A stretch of 706 bases of DNA, from the sequence record AF039880.1; one strand, given 5' to 3'. Positions 1 through 706 of the stretch are shown in pieces. Under the pieces are notes generated by a model, which worked only from the letters and a program-made list of their open reading frames with translations, was not told where the DNA came from and did no database searches. Position numbers and translations under genes: made by a program. Within the stretch, counting starts at the first letter, position 1, and each line of letters begins with the position of its first letter. Origin of the DNA: a phage.

Positions 1-20
1 TGGAAACANGACTTTTTTAA

Positions 21-167
21 TTGACGCTGCANCTGGGTGCTATTAATATAGGTCTTCTAGACGCAGAAGGAAAAGCACCAATATCCTTTGACCCTGTTAA
101 AAAGATAGTTAACGTTGATGGGAGTGTAATAACTAAAACTATTAATGCNGCGAAACTTTGTCATGAC
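21..167 (+). CDS. Probable upstream part of the same gene, read in frame 3 (apparent frameshift relative to 176..556); unknown function.
   Basis: Frame 3 is open from 21 to 167 (stop TAA 168-170) and translates to a plausible Ile/Val/Gly-rich peptide: LTLxLGAINIGLLDAEGKAPISFDPVKKIVNVDGSVITKTINAAKLCHD. It has the same A/T third-position bias as the main ORF. Only about 5 nt and two TAA stops separate it from the start of the frame-2 open frame, so a single indel in gactaatttaacc would fuse them. Confidence 0.4.
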
Positions 168-244
168 TAATTTAACCGGTCAAGANAACGCCAGCAATTT
201 ATACACAGGGTAAAACTTGGGGCGATACAAAATCCGGTATCTGG

Positions 245-556
245 ATGGGCATGGATAATGTTACTGCTAAACCAAAATTAGATATTGGTAATGCTACACA
301 GTATATTCGTTATGATGGTAATATACTTAGGATCTCTAGTGAGGTTGTAATTGGTACCCCAAATGGTGATATTGATATACAGACGGGTATACAAGGGAAG
401 CAAACAGTATTTATCTATATTATAGGTACTTCATTACCTGCTAAACCAACAAGTCCTGCATACCCACCTTCTGGTTGGTCTAAAACTCCACCAAATAGAA
501 CATCTAATACTCAGAATATTTACTGTTCTACAGGTACTCTGGACCCANGTTACTAA
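245..556 (+). CDS. Internal or C-terminal fragment of a protein-coding gene of unknown function; composition suggests a beta-rich structural or surface protein (phage tail-fibre-like is speculative). The ATG at 245 is probably an internal Met, since the frame is open from 176.
   Basis: Frame-2 ORF from the supplied track, 103 codons, ending at TAA 554-556. Third codon positions are strongly A/T (ggt, gat, aat, att, act), which fits coding in a low-GC genome. No Shine-Dalgarno-like purine run lies in the ~15 nt before ATG 245 (aaatccggtatctgg), and the same frame reads through from 176 (PVKxTPAIYTQGKTWGDTKSGIW-MGMDNV...) with no earlier start codon. A Pro-rich stretch LPAKPTSPAYPPSGWSKTPP lies at about 434-493. 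Confidence 0.6.
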   Translation: MGMDNVTAKPKLDIGNATQYIRYDGNILRISSEVVIGTPNGDIDIQTGIQGKQTVFIYIIGTSLPAKPTSPAYPPSGWSKTPPNRTSNTQNIYCSTGTLDPXY

Positions 557-617
557 TCAATTAGTATCGGGAACTAGNTGGTCTGACGTAGTTCAATGGG
601 AGTGGTACAGAAGGTGT
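555..617 (+). CDS. Possible downstream continuation of the same gene in frame 3, after an apparent frameshift near N548; very uncertain.
   Basis: Frame 3 at 555..617 translates to NQLVSGTSWSDVVQWEWYRRC, which is compositionally similar to the upstream protein (an S-W-S motif like SGWSKT, Trp-rich). The frame-2 stop at 554-556 lies 6 nt after the ambiguous base at 548. Frames 1 and 2 are also partly open in the N-rich 3' tail, so the true frame there cannot be resolved. Confidence 0.2.
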
Positions 618-706
618 TGATGGCAGAGNCNGGGGGCTACAAGACAANCGTGGTCCCTGNGAATGTATCTCCTGGCTACTGCTAAATTANCAGCATGGCA
701 TGACTC

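Noticed and set aside
245-247. ATG at 245 as the true translation start of the 103-aa ORF
   Set aside because: No Shine-Dalgarno-like sequence upstream, and the same frame is open and coding-like for 23 codons before it back to 176 (…KTWGDTKSGIW-MGMD…). More likely an internal methionine; not fully excluded.
160-505. Cluster of N-x-S/T sequons (NLT, NAS, NVT, NAT, NRT) as evidence for a eukaryotic glycoprotein
   Set aside because: The protein is rich in Asn, Ser and Thr, so this many sequons is expected by composition alone; two of them are in the uncertain frame-1 reading of 160-210.
351-554. Alternative open frame 3 overlapping the main ORF (351..617, no stops)
   Set aside because: Across 351-554 its translation is Leu/His/Tyr-rich with no sensible composition (…LVPQMVILIYRRVYKGSKQYLSILL…), as expected for an off-frame read of the real frame-2 gene. 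Only the part after 555 is kept as a possible continuation.
596-685. Small frame-2 ORF starting at ATG 596 (MGVVQKVLMAE.GGYKT.VVP.NVSPGYC)
   Set aside because: Very short, no ribosome-binding site, contains four ambiguous codons and lies in the low-quality tail; not distinguishable from noise.
1-706. RNA genes, CRISPR repeats, IS/transposon inverted repeats, rho-independent terminator after the stop at 556
   Set aside because: No repeat-spacer periodicity, no tRNA-like structure, no terminal inverted repeats, and no GC-rich hairpin followed by a T-run downstream of 556. Only short AT-rich words such as ggtaat and gatattg recur, as expected by chance.
1-706. A novel multi-gene biological system in this window
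   Set aside because: The window holds at most one gene fragment, on one strand, with frame breaks that track sequencing ambiguity. There is no second gene, operon structure or regulatory architecture to support such a claim.

Overview
This 706-bp window is AT-rich, carries 11 ambiguous bases (N at 9, 32, 149, 186, 548, 578, 629, 631, 648, 660, 690) and looks like a single-pass, low-quality read. The only convincing content is protein-coding sequence on the + strand. The best-supported segment is the frame-2 ORF 245..556, which is open stop-to-stop from 176; upstream the coding-like translation continues in frame 3 (21..167) and probably frame 2 (2..43), and downstream possibly in frame 3 (555..617). 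The frame breaks fall at or near N positions, so I read the window as an internal fragment of one longer gene broken by base-calling indels, not as several genes. The product is unassigned; its composition (rich in Ile, Gly, Thr and Asn, with a Pro-rich linker and Trp-containing motifs) fits a beta-rich structural or surface protein, and a phage tail-fibre or host-recognition protein is a weak guess only. I see no RNA gene, CRISPR array, mobile-element end or convincing terminator, and no evidence for a novel multi-gene system; the window is too short and too error-prone to support one.
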